From a bacterium (GTDB lineage Bacteria; Electryoneota; JAOADG01): a stretch of DNA of 64,000 nt. Below, piece by piece: positions 47,847-57,571 of this stretch. The position numbers were made by a program, and so were the translations under genes. The first letter of the stretch is position 1, and each line of letters opens with the position of its first letter. Below the pieces are notes generated by a model that had not been told where the DNA came from, searched no databases, and saw nothing but the letters and a program-made list of their open reading frames with translations. The stretch is from positions 4,160,001 through 4,224,000 of the forward strand of contig OY820579.1 in assembly GCA_963681965.1 (NCBI GenBank), written 5' to 3'.

Positions 47847-49745
47847 TTAATGTTTCCATTCCAGCCAGACTTTTGTGCCACCGGATTCGGTAAGTGGCGC
47901 TTCGAACCGAATCGTGCCGTGCATCCGTTCGACTAATTTCCGGACGAGAATCAAACCGACACCGTTACCCGGTTCGTTCCGGGCACCGGGATGCGAGTGA
48001 ATGGTTTGACCCGATTTTACTTTTCGTTGCAGTTCATCCGTCAAGCCCGGTCCTTCGTCGGAAATATAGAATCGGATTGAATCCGGCGTGTCGATTGCGC
48101 CGATATGGACCGTTTTTCCGGTGGGTGTAAATTTGATGGCATTGTCTAACACATTCGACAGAACCGTTTCCCGCAAGATTTCGCTGTTGATCCCATTCAA
48201 TTTGCCGTCGCCACCATCATTGACCAACTTCACGCCGGCAGTCAGTGCCGCCAGTTCATGATCGCGAACCACCATCTCCAGCAATGGCGTTGCCGTCGTC
48301 GAGAGATCGGGGCGGGAAGTGGTCAGGACCGTATAGTTCTTGATAAATTGTAGATAACTATTCGCTTTGTCCGCCAGCGACCGGATCTGAGTCGCATTCT
48401 CCACCGTGATCGGATCTTCTTCCGAGTAAAATTTCAGTCCGTGAAGAATATTACCGATATCGTGAGCGAAAGTCGCCGTGAACATTTCCCGGTCCTGTTG
48501 ATCGATTGCAATCATCTCCAACAACTTCGACGATAACACTGTCCAAGTGAGATTTAAATTGGTAATCAGTTGTTGTTCGATGCGAAATCGGGATAGATAC
48601 AAATAGATCTGGAATTTTCGAATGGGAAGACTGTAATTCCGCAAAACCATCTTCGGAATCACGGTCTGGAAATGCGCAATGAATATTCGATATGCCGAAA
48701 TTGCTTTTTGCGTAAAGTCGATCGTTGCTACCAGATCGTCGGTATAGACCGCGGCAATTGCCATCGAGGTATAGATCCCGAGATTCAAATAGGTAAAATT
48801 GCTCTTTTCGACCAGTCCCTCGAATTGTCGATAGAAGACGACAATTTCCTTGTAGCGCTGATGTTTTTCCAGAATGCTGAGCTTCGTGCGCAAGATCAGT
48901 AGCTGCATGTACGGTGTCAGTTTCGTACCGTCGTGGAGAATTTTATCGATCAAATCATGCAGTTGTTCTGCAGCGGAAAACCGGAAGAAAAGTAGACAAG
49001 TCGTCGCACGATTGAGATACATCCAGCTATTCGGCGCTCGGGAAGTAGTGTCATTCAGAAATTCGAAGATCCGATCCGGCTTGGTGGTAAATGCCTCAAT
49101 CAAGGTTTTCGTTTCGTACACCGATGCGTGAATATCGTCCAGCAACAAGGAAGGGAGAATCGTCCGAAGTTTCGATTCGGTTTCCCGGACATATTTCAGG
49201 GCAAGATCGTTCTTATCCGTGCGAAAGTAATTCTCTGCCAATTTCGCCAGCAGCAGACACTGCACGTCGCCCCGCTTCACTTTCGGGCGATCTTCCAAGA
49301 AGTCGAGGAGATATTCGGCACTTTCGTCGATTTCGCCCAGCATCCGGCAGACCGTTGTCAACCAGACTTGGATCAATACCCGCTCGGTCGTACAATTCGG
49401 CGTCTTCTTGGCGAGATGTAGCCCGCGTAACAGAACTTTCTTCGCTGCGGTGAAATCCAGCAACTCGATGTAAGTTCGACCGAATTCCGCCAGAACTTCG
49501 AGTTGCTTCTTCGCCGTCAATTTCTCTTTGAGTAGCCGGGCAAATACCGGAACTGCCGAAGCCGCCGAGCCCGACAACCGTAAACTGACCGCAAACCGGT
49601 ACCGGTCGTCCGGTTTCAGCGCCTGATTCGATTTTGCGGAAGAAACGTCGAGAAGCGTATAGAGTTCGGCACTGCGCGCCCATTTTCCGGCTTCAAAGGC
49701 AGCACGTGCCGCAGAGAGTGTTTGGCGGGGGTCAATTGATTTCAT
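47847..49745 (-). CDS. Histidine kinase with N-terminal TPR-like helical region
   Basis: FAHDIGN, NVLDNAIKFT, DEGPG, GNGVGL; helical N-terminal repeats; no signal peptide. Confidence 0.8.
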   Translation of the reverse strand: MKSIDPRQTLSAARAAFEAGKWARSAELYTLLDVSSAKSNQALKPDDRYRFAVSLRLSGSAASAVPVFARLLKEKLTAKKQLEVLAEFGRTYIELLDFTAAKKVLLRGLHLAKKTPNCTTERVLIQVWLTTVCRMLGEIDESAEYLLDFLEDRPKVKRGDVQCLLLAKLAENYFRTDKNDLALKYVRETESKLRTILPSLLLDDIHASVYETKTLIEAFTTKPDRIFEFLNDTTSRAPNSWMYLNRATTCLLFFRFSAAEQLHDLIDKILHDGTKLTPYMQLLILRTKLSILEKHQRYKEIVVFYRQFEGLVEKSNFTYLNLGIYTSMAIAAVYTDDLVATIDFTQKAISAYRIFIAHFQTVIPKMVLRNYSLPIRKFQIYLYLSRFRIEQQLITNLNLTWTVLSSKLLEMIAIDQQDREMFTATFAHDIGNILHGLKFYSEEDPITVENATQIRSLADKANSYLQFIKNYTVLTTSRPDLSTTATPLLEMVVRDHELAALTAGVKLVNDGGDGKLNGINSEILRETVLSNVLDNAIKFTPTGKTVHIGAIDTPDSIRFYISDEGPGLTDELQRKVKSGQTIHSHPGARNEPGNGVGLILVRKLVERMHGTIRFEAPLTESGGTKVWLEWKH

Positions 49746-49928
49746 TGTCAACAAAACGCATACTGGTTAAAACCGTGAAGAGGCGACCAAAAAGTTCCGA
49801 TAATTCGACCGGCGGAACGAATTGGCTTCCTAACCGTAAAATATAACGTGTAAAATGACATTACAATAACGTCAACACTTTCATCGACATTTATTCTCCC
49901 GTAATTTACGGGAAACTGGAGTTATCGC

Positions 49929-50615
49929 ATGAAATCCTTGCAGATTGTCACAATAATCGGGCTTCTTGCCGGAATCGGCTGGGCATCGCTGGCTTTCAGC
50001 GCACCGGGGCTGTTCGTCGATCAGGAAACCATCGCTGGAGCCGGGAAAACTGCTGGTCCTGCCGGAAAAGTGACGCTGCTACCTAACAAATTCCGGATCG
50101 AAGACAAAAGTTCCATCACGATTGGTCGAATCGATCGCAAATTGCTTTGGATGTTCGATACCGACGATCACAGCTATTTGGAAGTACCGATGCTGCAAGA
50201 CGACGATAAAAAGCCGCTCAGTAAGGATCTCTTTTTTCGCACCGGTCGCACTCAAAAGATCGGCGAATGGAACTGTTACGAAGTGAAAATGAATCCGGCA
50301 AAACGCGCCGGGTGGTTCGAGGCAATCGATTCCCTGACACTCTGGATCTCCACCAAGCCCTACCCGGAAGCTGCGACATACTTCGCTTCGCTGTTTCAGG
50401 CGATGGGTATCGATCAGGATCAGCTTGCCCAAATTCAGGAAACCATCGGCAAAGGCTTTCCGATCGAAATGCACTTATCGATGCTGGAGTCCAACGTCAA
50501 TACCCGGGTCAAGAAAATTGAAGCCGGTGACGTTTCTCCGAGCCTGTTCGACCCACTACCGGGCTATCGCAAACAATCGCTGGATGCCGCTTCACCTTCA
50601 CGTGGAATGAAATGA
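49929..50615 (+). CDS. DUF4412-like exported protein
   Basis: Signal peptide; TGRTQKIGEWNC, LWIST, GFPI, SLFDPLPGY. Confidence 0.7.
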   Translation: MKSLQIVTIIGLLAGIGWASLAFSAPGLFVDQETIAGAGKTAGPAGKVTLLPNKFRIEDKSSITIGRIDRKLLWMFDTDDHSYLEVPMLQDDDKKPLSKDLFFRTGRTQKIGEWNCYEVKMNPAKRAGWFEAIDSLTLWISTKPYPEAATYFASLFQAMGIDQDQLAQIQETIGKGFPIEMHLSMLESNVNTRVKKIEAGDVSPSLFDPLPGYRKQSLDAASPSRGMK

Positions 50616-51493
50616 TATTCGCGTCGCTCCGACATCAGCGTGCCTCGCGTACCCGTCCTGCCCGCTATCTGCTGTGGCTGACGATCGTCACGCTGCTGAC
50701 CGTCGCAACCGTTCTGGCGCTGGCTGCCGGATGGTCGTTCGATATGACTTGGTCCTATGCCAATGCCAATGTCGTCCACGATCAGGTCGCACAGGATTAC
50801 TATCCCCACGCCATTGCGCTGCTCCAAGCCGATAGCGCCTATCGGAACGGTTCCCCGCCACTCCCAATTCTTCAGCGTCTGCAAAAACTTCCGGGGGTGA
50901 AATCAGTGCTCTTTTCGGTACCCGGCTCGCAAACGAGCGTTCAACTCCCCGCCGGGGAATTGCCATTGACGCGGCTCGACAGCAATCTCTTCCAGCAATT
51001 GCAGGCGACGCACCACTCCTGGGCGCCAATCATGCATGCCGTCGTTGGCGGTAAAACAAAATTCATCCGGTTGCACATCGGCGATGCGCAATACAGCCTG
51101 TTTACCCGCTACATCAAGCCGGACACGACCAAACCGCCGACCGCCGCGTTTTCGCTGCTACTCGATCCGGCATGGCTGGTGAAAATTCTACCGCCGCAGC
51201 TCGACAGTCTAGCCCGCGAAAGTACGCAACTCTTGTTTTTCGCCCCTTCGCCGCAGAATCACGAAGCGATACAGTCGTTGGGTCTGATCCACGGCACCGA
51301 TACTCTCTGGTGGTTGGGTCCGAAAAATGTCAACGTCGTTATTAAACAGGGGTTGTGGTCGTTTCCCGAAATCGAAGTGCACACGTTTGTCCATTGGAAG
51401 GGACAGGATTACACAAAGCGCGCCGATTCGATCCGCACGATTTTCCAGAAACAGACCCAACGAAAACCCACGACTTCGGATACCGATAAATAA
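50612..51493 (+). CDS. Hypothetical single-TM protein
   Basis: ATGA overlap with the upstream gene; N-terminal TM helix; no recognised motif. Confidence 0.6.
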   Translation: MIFASLRHQRASRTRPARYLLWLTIVTLLTVATVLALAAGWSFDMTWSYANANVVHDQVAQDYYPHAIALLQADSAYRNGSPPLPILQRLQKLPGVKSVLFSVPGSQTSVQLPAGELPLTRLDSNLFQQLQATHHSWAPIMHAVVGGKTKFIRLHIGDAQYSLFTRYIKPDTTKPPTAAFSLLLDPAWLVKILPPQLDSLARESTQLLFFAPSPQNHEAIQSLGLIHGTDTLWWLGPKNVNVVIKQGLWSFPEIEVHTFVHWKGQDYTKRADSIRTIFQKQTQRKPTTSDTDK

Positions 51494-51563
51494 TCTCGGA
51501 TGCCGGTTTTGTGATCGCTTTCACTACTTTCGTATCGTATAATATGGGATCGATGAGGAGCCT

Positions 51564-52271
51564 GTGAGATTTCGTTTTCTTTACCCGGTAATCATTCTTA
51601 TCGCGACGACGCTCTTTGCCCAGTTGCCGACCACCGGCAACGACGGCAAAAAGAAAATGATCGAAGCACTACCGGGCGAATTTCAAATTGCGCAACTGAA
51701 GTATAGCGGTGGCGGGGATTGGTATGCGAATCCGTCCGGACTGCCGAATTTATTGGCGTATGCGGCACAAAACGCCGGATTGAATTGTGCCAAACGTCCG
51801 GTGACGATCTCGCTCGATTCACCCGATCTCTGGCGCTATCGCTATATCTATCTTACCGGTCACGGCAATATCAGTCTCACTGCCGACGAAGCAACCCGGT
51901 TGCGCGATTGGCTGGAAGCCGGCGGTTTTCTGCATGCCGACGATTGCTATGGGCTCGACGCCTCGTTCCGTCGCGAAATGAAGAAAGTATTTCCCGATCA
52001 GGAGTTGCGCGAAGTGCCCGCCGATCATCCGATTTACAAAACGCCATTTCCGTTTCCCGCCGGTCGACCGCCGAAAATTCACGAACACGACGGCAAACCG
52101 GCACAGGGATTCGGATGGTGGATTGCCGGGCGACTGGCAGTATACTATACCTATCAATGCGATCTGGGTGACGGTTGGGAGGATCCCGATGTCCACACCG
52201 ATCCCGAACCGGTGCGCATTTCTTCGTTAAAAATGGGAACCAACTTGATCGTATACGCTTTGACAAACTAA
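51564..52271 (+). CDS. DUF4159 domain protein
   Basis: YSGGGDWYANP, YLTGHG, GGFLHADD, PKIHEHDG, DLGDGWED, MGTN. Confidence 0.85.
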   Translation: MRFRFLYPVIILIATTLFAQLPTTGNDGKKKMIEALPGEFQIAQLKYSGGGDWYANPSGLPNLLAYAAQNAGLNCAKRPVTISLDSPDLWRYRYIYLTGHGNISLTADEATRLRDWLEAGGFLHADDCYGLDASFRREMKKVFPDQELREVPADHPIYKTPFPFPAGRPPKIHEHDGKPAQGFGWWIAGRLAVYYTYQCDLGDGWEDPDVHTDPEPVRISSLKMGTNLIVYALTN

Positions 52272-52292
52272 CGACATTCCGGGGGGAGTAGG

Positions 52293-53291
52293 ATGACCAA
52301 AGCACTATCTGCCATACTACATGAATTGATCGATTATGCCGGGATGTTTCCGCCGGCGAAACTACCGCTCGAAACCGCGTTTTCAAAATACCTGAATTAC
52401 CGAACTGCTCCGGAACAATGGATGGTGTCGCGCTTCATCTGTCCGATCGGACAATTTTCCGAATTGGTCGACATCATCTCCGATCCGGCGAAACCGATTG
52501 GAAAGATCCGGCTTGCCATCATCGGCGAGGAACACGGTCATCACGATTCCACCAATTCCATCGCTCAGGATCTATCGATTATCGCGAAATTAGCGGCGCT
52601 GCACACCCGATCGATTCAATTCGATACCTATGAAACCAAGCTCTCGATCCATCTCATCGATCAATTGTCGCGCGATCCATTTCGCGATGAAGTGTCGCCC
52701 AAATTGAGTCAATTCGGCGATCACGTCGTGAATGCATTGTCCACTGTCAAGACCGGCTCGCTGGAGTGCCTGTTTGAACTTCCATTCAACGGTTTTACCG
52801 TCGCGGCTTCGACCTTCACGATCGTGATCGATGAGTTGATTCGCATCAATCACCGTCTTGAAGCGCTGAATATTTCCGCGCGGGTCGGTGTCAAATTGCG
52901 CTGTACCGGCGACCGGATGCCCGCGTCGTACATGATCGCGAATGTGCTGAAGCAGTGCGCCGACAAGAAGATTCCGTTCAAGGCGACTGCGGGATTGCAT
53001 CACCCCTTCTTCTCGAATCACCGAACCGAACGTCACGGCTTTTTGTCGCTATTTTGCACTGGTTTGATTGCCGCTACGCATCCCGAACTGAGCGATGAAT
53101 ATCTTGCGGAAATCGTCGCGTGCGACAAACCCGAGCTGTTTGTTTTTACCGACGACGAATTTGTCTGGGACGGCAAGTACCACGTGTCGACCGACCAGAT
53201 TTCCGAACTGCGCAAGAGTATTTTCCTCTCGTTCGGCAGTTGCAGTATCGATGAACCGCGCGACGATTTGCGCGCACTCAATCTTATTTAA
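52293..53291 (+). CDS. Conserved hypothetical protein upstream of fahA
   Basis: LIDYAGMFPP, KLRCTG, FKATAGLHHP, HGFL, SFGSCS..EP. Confidence 0.75.
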   Translation: MTKALSAILHELIDYAGMFPPAKLPLETAFSKYLNYRTAPEQWMVSRFICPIGQFSELVDIISDPAKPIGKIRLAIIGEEHGHHDSTNSIAQDLSIIAKLAALHTRSIQFDTYETKLSIHLIDQLSRDPFRDEVSPKLSQFGDHVVNALSTVKTGSLECLFELPFNGFTVAASTFTIVIDELIRINHRLEALNISARVGVKLRCTGDRMPASYMIANVLKQCADKKIPFKATAGLHHPFFSNHRTERHGFLSLFCTGLIAATHPELSDEYLAEIVACDKPELFVFTDDEFVWDGKYHVSTDQISELRKSIFLSFGSCSIDEPRDDLRALNLI

Positions 53292-53305
53292 CAGGACAAT
53301 TACCC

Positions 53306-54607
53306 GTGAGCATTGCTTCCGATCCGAACGATCCACGTCTAAAGTCGTTTATCGAAGTCGCACCCGATTCCGATTTCCCGATCCAGAATCTTCCGTACGG
53401 CATCTGTCGGCGTGCCGGTTGTTGCAACGACGAATCCTTTGTCGGGGTTGCGATTGGCGATCACATTCTGAATCTGGCGCGATTGGAGGAGTACGGTTAT
53501 TTCGATCGGACATCGATGCTCGGTAAAACGATTTTCGCGAATCCGTCGCTCAACGAGTTTATGGCACAGGGTCCGGTGGCATGGCGCGAAGCGCGCGAGA
53601 CGATTTCGTTGCTGTTGCGAGCAGACAATCCCGAACTGCGCGACAATCCCGATTTACGTCACGCCGCACTCTACCGGCGCGACGAATTGGATCTGTTGCT
53701 ACCGGCGGAAATTGGCGATTACACCGATTTTTATTCGTCGCGCGAACACGCCACCAATGTCGGAATCATGTTTCGCGGTGCGCAAAATGCCTTGATGCCG
53801 AATTGGTTGCATCTGCCGGTGGGATATCACGGTCGTGCCAGTTCGATCGTTCCGAGTGGTACCGATGTGCCCCGTCCGCACGGTCAAACCAAATCCGACG
53901 ATGCGGTTGAGCCACAGTTCGGTGCATCCAGTCAAATCGATTTCGAACTTGAAGTTGGCGCGCTGATTGGAACCGGCAATCCGCTCGGTACGCCGATCCC
54001 GGTCGATCGGGCGTGGCAGCATCTGTTCGGAATGGTACTCGTCAACGATTGGAGTGCGCGCGATATTCAGAAGTGGGAATATGTACCACTCGGACCGTTC
54101 CTCTCGAAAAATTTCGCGACCTCGGTCTCACCATGGGTGGTGACGATGGATGCGCTTGCGCCGTTCCAGTGCGAAGGTCCGAAACAAGAGCCGGAACCGT
54201 TGCCGTACTTGCGCAGTAAAAACAATCCGACGTTCGATATTCAACTCGAAGTGCTGCTCCAGACCGATAAAATGCGTCAACCGGAGCGGATCTCGCTTTC
54301 GAATTTTAAATATCTCTACTGGAATTTGGCGCAACAGATTGCACATCACACCGTCACCGGATGCAATCTCCGCACTGCCGATATGCTGGCTTCCGGCACA
54401 ATCAGCGGTCCCGAAAAATCGATGCGCGGAAGTATGCTGGAGTTGTCGTGGCGCGGTACCGAACCGCTGCAACTTGGCAATGGCGAACAACGCAGCTTTT
54501 TACATGACGGCGATCGCTTGACGATTCGCGGTTGGTGTCAGGGCGACGGGTATCGCATCGGATTCGGCGAAGTGACCGGAATGTTGCTTCCGGCACGGAC
54601 ATTGTGA
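53306..54607 (+). CDS. fahA: Fumarylacetoacetase
   Basis: DFPIQNLPYG, DYTDFYSS.EHA.NVG, PVGYHGRASS, DFELE, NDWSARDIQKWEYVPLGPF. Confidence 0.95.
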   Translation: MSIASDPNDPRLKSFIEVAPDSDFPIQNLPYGICRRAGCCNDESFVGVAIGDHILNLARLEEYGYFDRTSMLGKTIFANPSLNEFMAQGPVAWREARETISLLLRADNPELRDNPDLRHAALYRRDELDLLLPAEIGDYTDFYSSREHATNVGIMFRGAQNALMPNWLHLPVGYHGRASSIVPSGTDVPRPHGQTKSDDAVEPQFGASSQIDFELEVGALIGTGNPLGTPIPVDRAWQHLFGMVLVNDWSARDIQKWEYVPLGPFLSKNFATSVSPWVVTMDALAPFQCEGPKQEPEPLPYLRSKNNPTFDIQLEVLLQTDKMRQPERISLSNFKYLYWNLAQQIAHHTVTGCNLRTADMLASGTISGPEKSMRGSMLELSWRGTEPLQLGNGEQRSFLHDGDRLTIRGWCQGDGYRIGFGEVTGMLLPARTL

Positions 54608-54614
54608 CTGCATC

Positions 54615-54869
54615 ATGCTGCTGAAAGTAAAAGTCGTTCCGCAATCCTCTCGACTTGAGGCTGCCGGCTGGAGTGATGAAATCCTGCGAATCAAGCTCAC
54701 CAAAGGGGCACACGACGGCGAAGCGAATGAGCAACTCATTGCATTCCTCGCCAAATCGTTTCACCTTCCCAAATCGTCACTAACCATCGTTTCCGGCGCG
54801 CATCAACGAGAAAAAGTCGTCGATCTCCCCGGTATTGAGCTGGAAACCGTTAAAATTCGCTTTCCCTGA
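54615..54869 (+). CDS. DUF167 (YggU) family protein
   Basis: VKVVPQS, DGEANEQL..FLA, IVSG...REK. Confidence 0.85.
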   Translation: MLLKVKVVPQSSRLEAAGWSDEILRIKLTKGAHDGEANEQLIAFLAKSFHLPKSSLTIVSGAHQREKVVDLPGIELETVKIRFP

Positions 54870-54933
54870 CCCGCACACTTTTATCTATCGGCGATTTGTG
54901 ATTACTTTACGATAGTTCGATTGATTGAAGGGT

Positions 54934-56262
54934 ATGAACAACTCACTATTGGAAATATTGTTAATAGGCTTACTGATCGTCGCCAATGGCTGGTTGGTGC
55001 TGGTCGAGATCGCGTTGATCAAAGCCCGCAAAGCTAGGCTGCACGTGATGGCGCGCGCCGGCAATCCATTCGCGCAGTCGGTACTTGACCTTGTGAACCA
55101 ACCGAGTCGGATTCTATCGACGTTACAGATCGGCGTTACGCTCATCGGCATTTTGACCGGTGCCCTCGGTGGCGTCTCACTCGCGGACAATCTCACCGTG
55201 ATTTTGGAACGCTGGCAAATCTCCCATGCTATCGCCGCTCCTGCCGGAGTCGCGATCGTCGTTATCGGTATCACTTTCTTCTCATTGTTGATCGGCGAAT
55301 TGATCCCGAAACAGATCGCATTCCGACATGCCGAGGCAATCTCGGTCGCATTCGTTCGACCAGTTCGATTGTTGATGATTATTCTATTCCCGTTTGTTCG
55401 CATTCTCAGTTTTCTGAGTGATTCGTTTTTGCGGCTATTCGGATTGACGCAATCGACGACGGTGGATGTTACCGAAGAAGAAGTCAAGGTGATGGTCGAG
55501 CACGGCACCAAGACGGGGGTATTCGAAGACGAAGAGCGCGAGATGTTCGAAGGGGCGCTGGGACTGGCGAATACGCGCATTGCCGCACTGATGACTCCGC
55601 GTGTGGAATTGGATTGGATCAATCTTTCCGAAACCGAGGAACAATCGTTGGAGCGCATTGCCGCCAGTCAGCATAAACGCTTTCCGGTGGCGCGCGGCGA
55701 TCTCGATCATGTCCTCGGTATCATCCATACCAAAGAGATTTTTTCGCATAAGCAGAACGATCAACCGATCGATTTCACCGCCTTCATTCATGAACCGCTC
55801 TATTTGCCGAGTACCGCTTCTGCACTGGAGGCATTGCGTCAATTTAAAACGATGAAGACGCATATCGCGTTGATTGTCGACGAGCATGGCACGCTGCTCG
55901 GTCTTCTGACCACGAACGATTTGGTCGAAGCAGTGTTGGGCGAATTGCCGACTTCCAACTCACCCGAGAAATTGAGCATCATACAACGCACCGACGGAAG
56001 TTGGCTGGTCGATGGCTTGATCACGATCACCGAATTCAAAGAGTATTTCGGTATCGACGAATTGCCGATGGAGAAGAAGAAGATCTTTCATACGCTGGCG
56101 GGATTTATTGTCAGCAATCTTGGTAAGATTCCCGAACCGACCGATACTGTAGAATGGAACGAGTGGAAATGGGAGGTCGTCGATATGGACAATCGTCGTG
56201 TCGACAAAGTTCTCGTGATCCGCGATCCATCGAAATTAGAGACCTTCGACGAAGAAGAGTAA
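54934..56262 (+). CDS. Hemolysin/CNNM-CBS-CorC family protein
   Basis: LSTLQIGVT, GELIPKQIA, MTPR, VDEHG, DLVEAVLG, TLAGF, VVDMD..RVDKV. Confidence 0.9.
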   Translation: MNNSLLEILLIGLLIVANGWLVLVEIALIKARKARLHVMARAGNPFAQSVLDLVNQPSRILSTLQIGVTLIGILTGALGGVSLADNLTVILERWQISHAIAAPAGVAIVVIGITFFSLLIGELIPKQIAFRHAEAISVAFVRPVRLLMIILFPFVRILSFLSDSFLRLFGLTQSTTVDVTEEEVKVMVEHGTKTGVFEDEEREMFEGALGLANTRIAALMTPRVELDWINLSETEEQSLERIAASQHKRFPVARGDLDHVLGIIHTKEIFSHKQNDQPIDFTAFIHEPLYLPSTASALEALRQFKTMKTHIALIVDEHGTLLGLLTTNDLVEAVLGELPTSNSPEKLSIIQRTDGSWLVDGLITITEFKEYFGIDELPMEKKKIFHTLAGFIVSNLGKIPEPTDTVEWNEWKWEVVDMDNRRVDKVLVIRDPSKLETFDEEE

Positions 56263-56277
56263 TTTACTTTTTCTTTT

Positions 56278-56690
56278 CCCACCACCTACTACCTACCACC
56301 TACCACCCAATCCCCATCCTGCAGGTGGCGCAGGCATCAGAGCCTGTGATCTTGTATCTTTTTTATCTTTTCCCACCACCCAACACCTACTACCCAACAC
56401 CCATCTTTACCGTATGTCGGAATTTATTCCGACTCTTTTTGTCCTAAAAAAATGAACGGGCGGATACGGGGATCCGCCCCTACTAAAGGATACAGGATAA
56501 AAAAAACGGGCGGATACGGGGATCCGCCCCTACTAAAGGATACAAGATAAAAAAAACGGGCGGCCGCGGGGATCCGCCCCTACTAAAGGATACAGGATTC
56601 AAAAAGAAGAAAGAACGCGGACTAAAGTCCGCCGCTACCAAAAAAATACTTGCAATAAAAAACGGCGAACAACGATGTCCGCCGAAAATA
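56278..56690. repeat. REP-like cluster with 3 x 50-bp tandem
   Basis: GATCCGCCCCTACTAAAGGATACA at 56471, 56521 and 56571; ACCTACY heptamer tract at 56284. Confidence 0.88.
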
Positions 56691-56704
56691 CGCAAAATGT
56701 ATTG

Positions 56705-57259
56705 CTACGCTCGCGCAATTATTTTTATGCAATCTTCCGGACAAACGGTGGCACACAACCCGCAACCGTAGCACTTCTCCAACTCCTCCACCAATTCACC
56801 ATCGACGATCGCGCGGGCATGAAATTGACAGAAGTCGACACAGATTCCGCAATCGTTGCAAATCAGAAAATCGGTGGCAACGATCATTTCCCCTTTGTCG
56901 CAGACCTCTTCCGGATTGAGAAAATAGCCGCAGCAATCGTCGCAGCAGAAGCAGATACCGCTGGTCGCATCGCGCGTTTCATTTCGGAACGGTCGTGCCA
57001 CCAATTTTTTCGATTGTGCTTCTGCGAGAATTTCCAAGGCGTCTGCGCGAGTAATCGGTCGGATGCCCGAACCACTGCCGCAATCGGTTGGATCGAACAT
57101 CAGGCAGACATCGATTCGCGAACGCTGACAGGTGTGTCCGCTATGTTCCCGACAACCGCAATTCGAAATCAGAAACGTCTGCTGGGCATCGATCAATTCG
57201 CGCGCTTTTTCGTGGGTACTGACATAATGGATCGGAATATTGTTGGTATCGGACATCAT
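56705..57259 (-). CDS. 4Fe-4S binding protein
   Basis: CGCR, ICFCCDDCC, two CxxCxxCxxxC motifs; start placed outside the MITE. Confidence 0.85.
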   Translation of the reverse strand: MMSDTNNIPIHYVSTHEKARELIDAQQTFLISNCGCREHSGHTCQRSRIDVCLMFDPTDCGSGSGIRPITRADALEILAEAQSKKLVARPFRNETRDATSGICFCCDDCCGYFLNPEEVCDKGEMIVATDFLICNDCGICVDFCQFHARAIVDGELVEELEKCYGCGLCATVCPEDCIKIIARA

Positions 57260-57273
57260 CGCTCCGGAATAGA

Positions 57274-57389
57274 TAGGGTGGTTCATGAAAATAAGTTGTC
57301 ATGATTCGGTGTCATGCTTCGCCTGACCTGCGGGCGGATGCGGGGATCCGCCCCTACTACCGATAACAACTCATTTTCAAGAGACACTA
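57274..57389 (-). mobile_element. MITE-like element (second copy), TA at both ends
   Basis: TAGGGTGGTTCATGAAAATAAGTTGT ... ACAACTCATTTTCAAGAGACACTA, enclosing GTAGGGGCGGATCCCCGCATCCGCCC on the minus strand. Confidence 0.65.
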
Positions 57390-57522
57390 CATCAGGAAAA
57401 TAACAGTACAAAATTCGGTTGTCAATTTCCAGCAAAGGATCCGAAATTCAACCTCTTACCAACTCTGAACGAGAAGGTGCATGTAATATTCGAAAATCTG
57501 CAAGAAAAATAATTGCGTAAAA

Positions 57523-57551
57523 TTGAATATTGTGGTATCATCTACTACTTT
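57523..57551 (+). promoter_or_regulatory. Sigma70-type promoter
   Basis: TTGAAT-17-TACTTT, 20 nt upstream of ATG 57572. Confidence 0.45.
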
Positions 57552-57571
57552 GACCACTACTGGATTAGAAT

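Noticed and set aside
49849-49865. TGTAA-N7-TTACA inverted repeat as an operator
   Set aside because: Only 5-bp arms in AT-rich DNA, and no cognate regulator nearby
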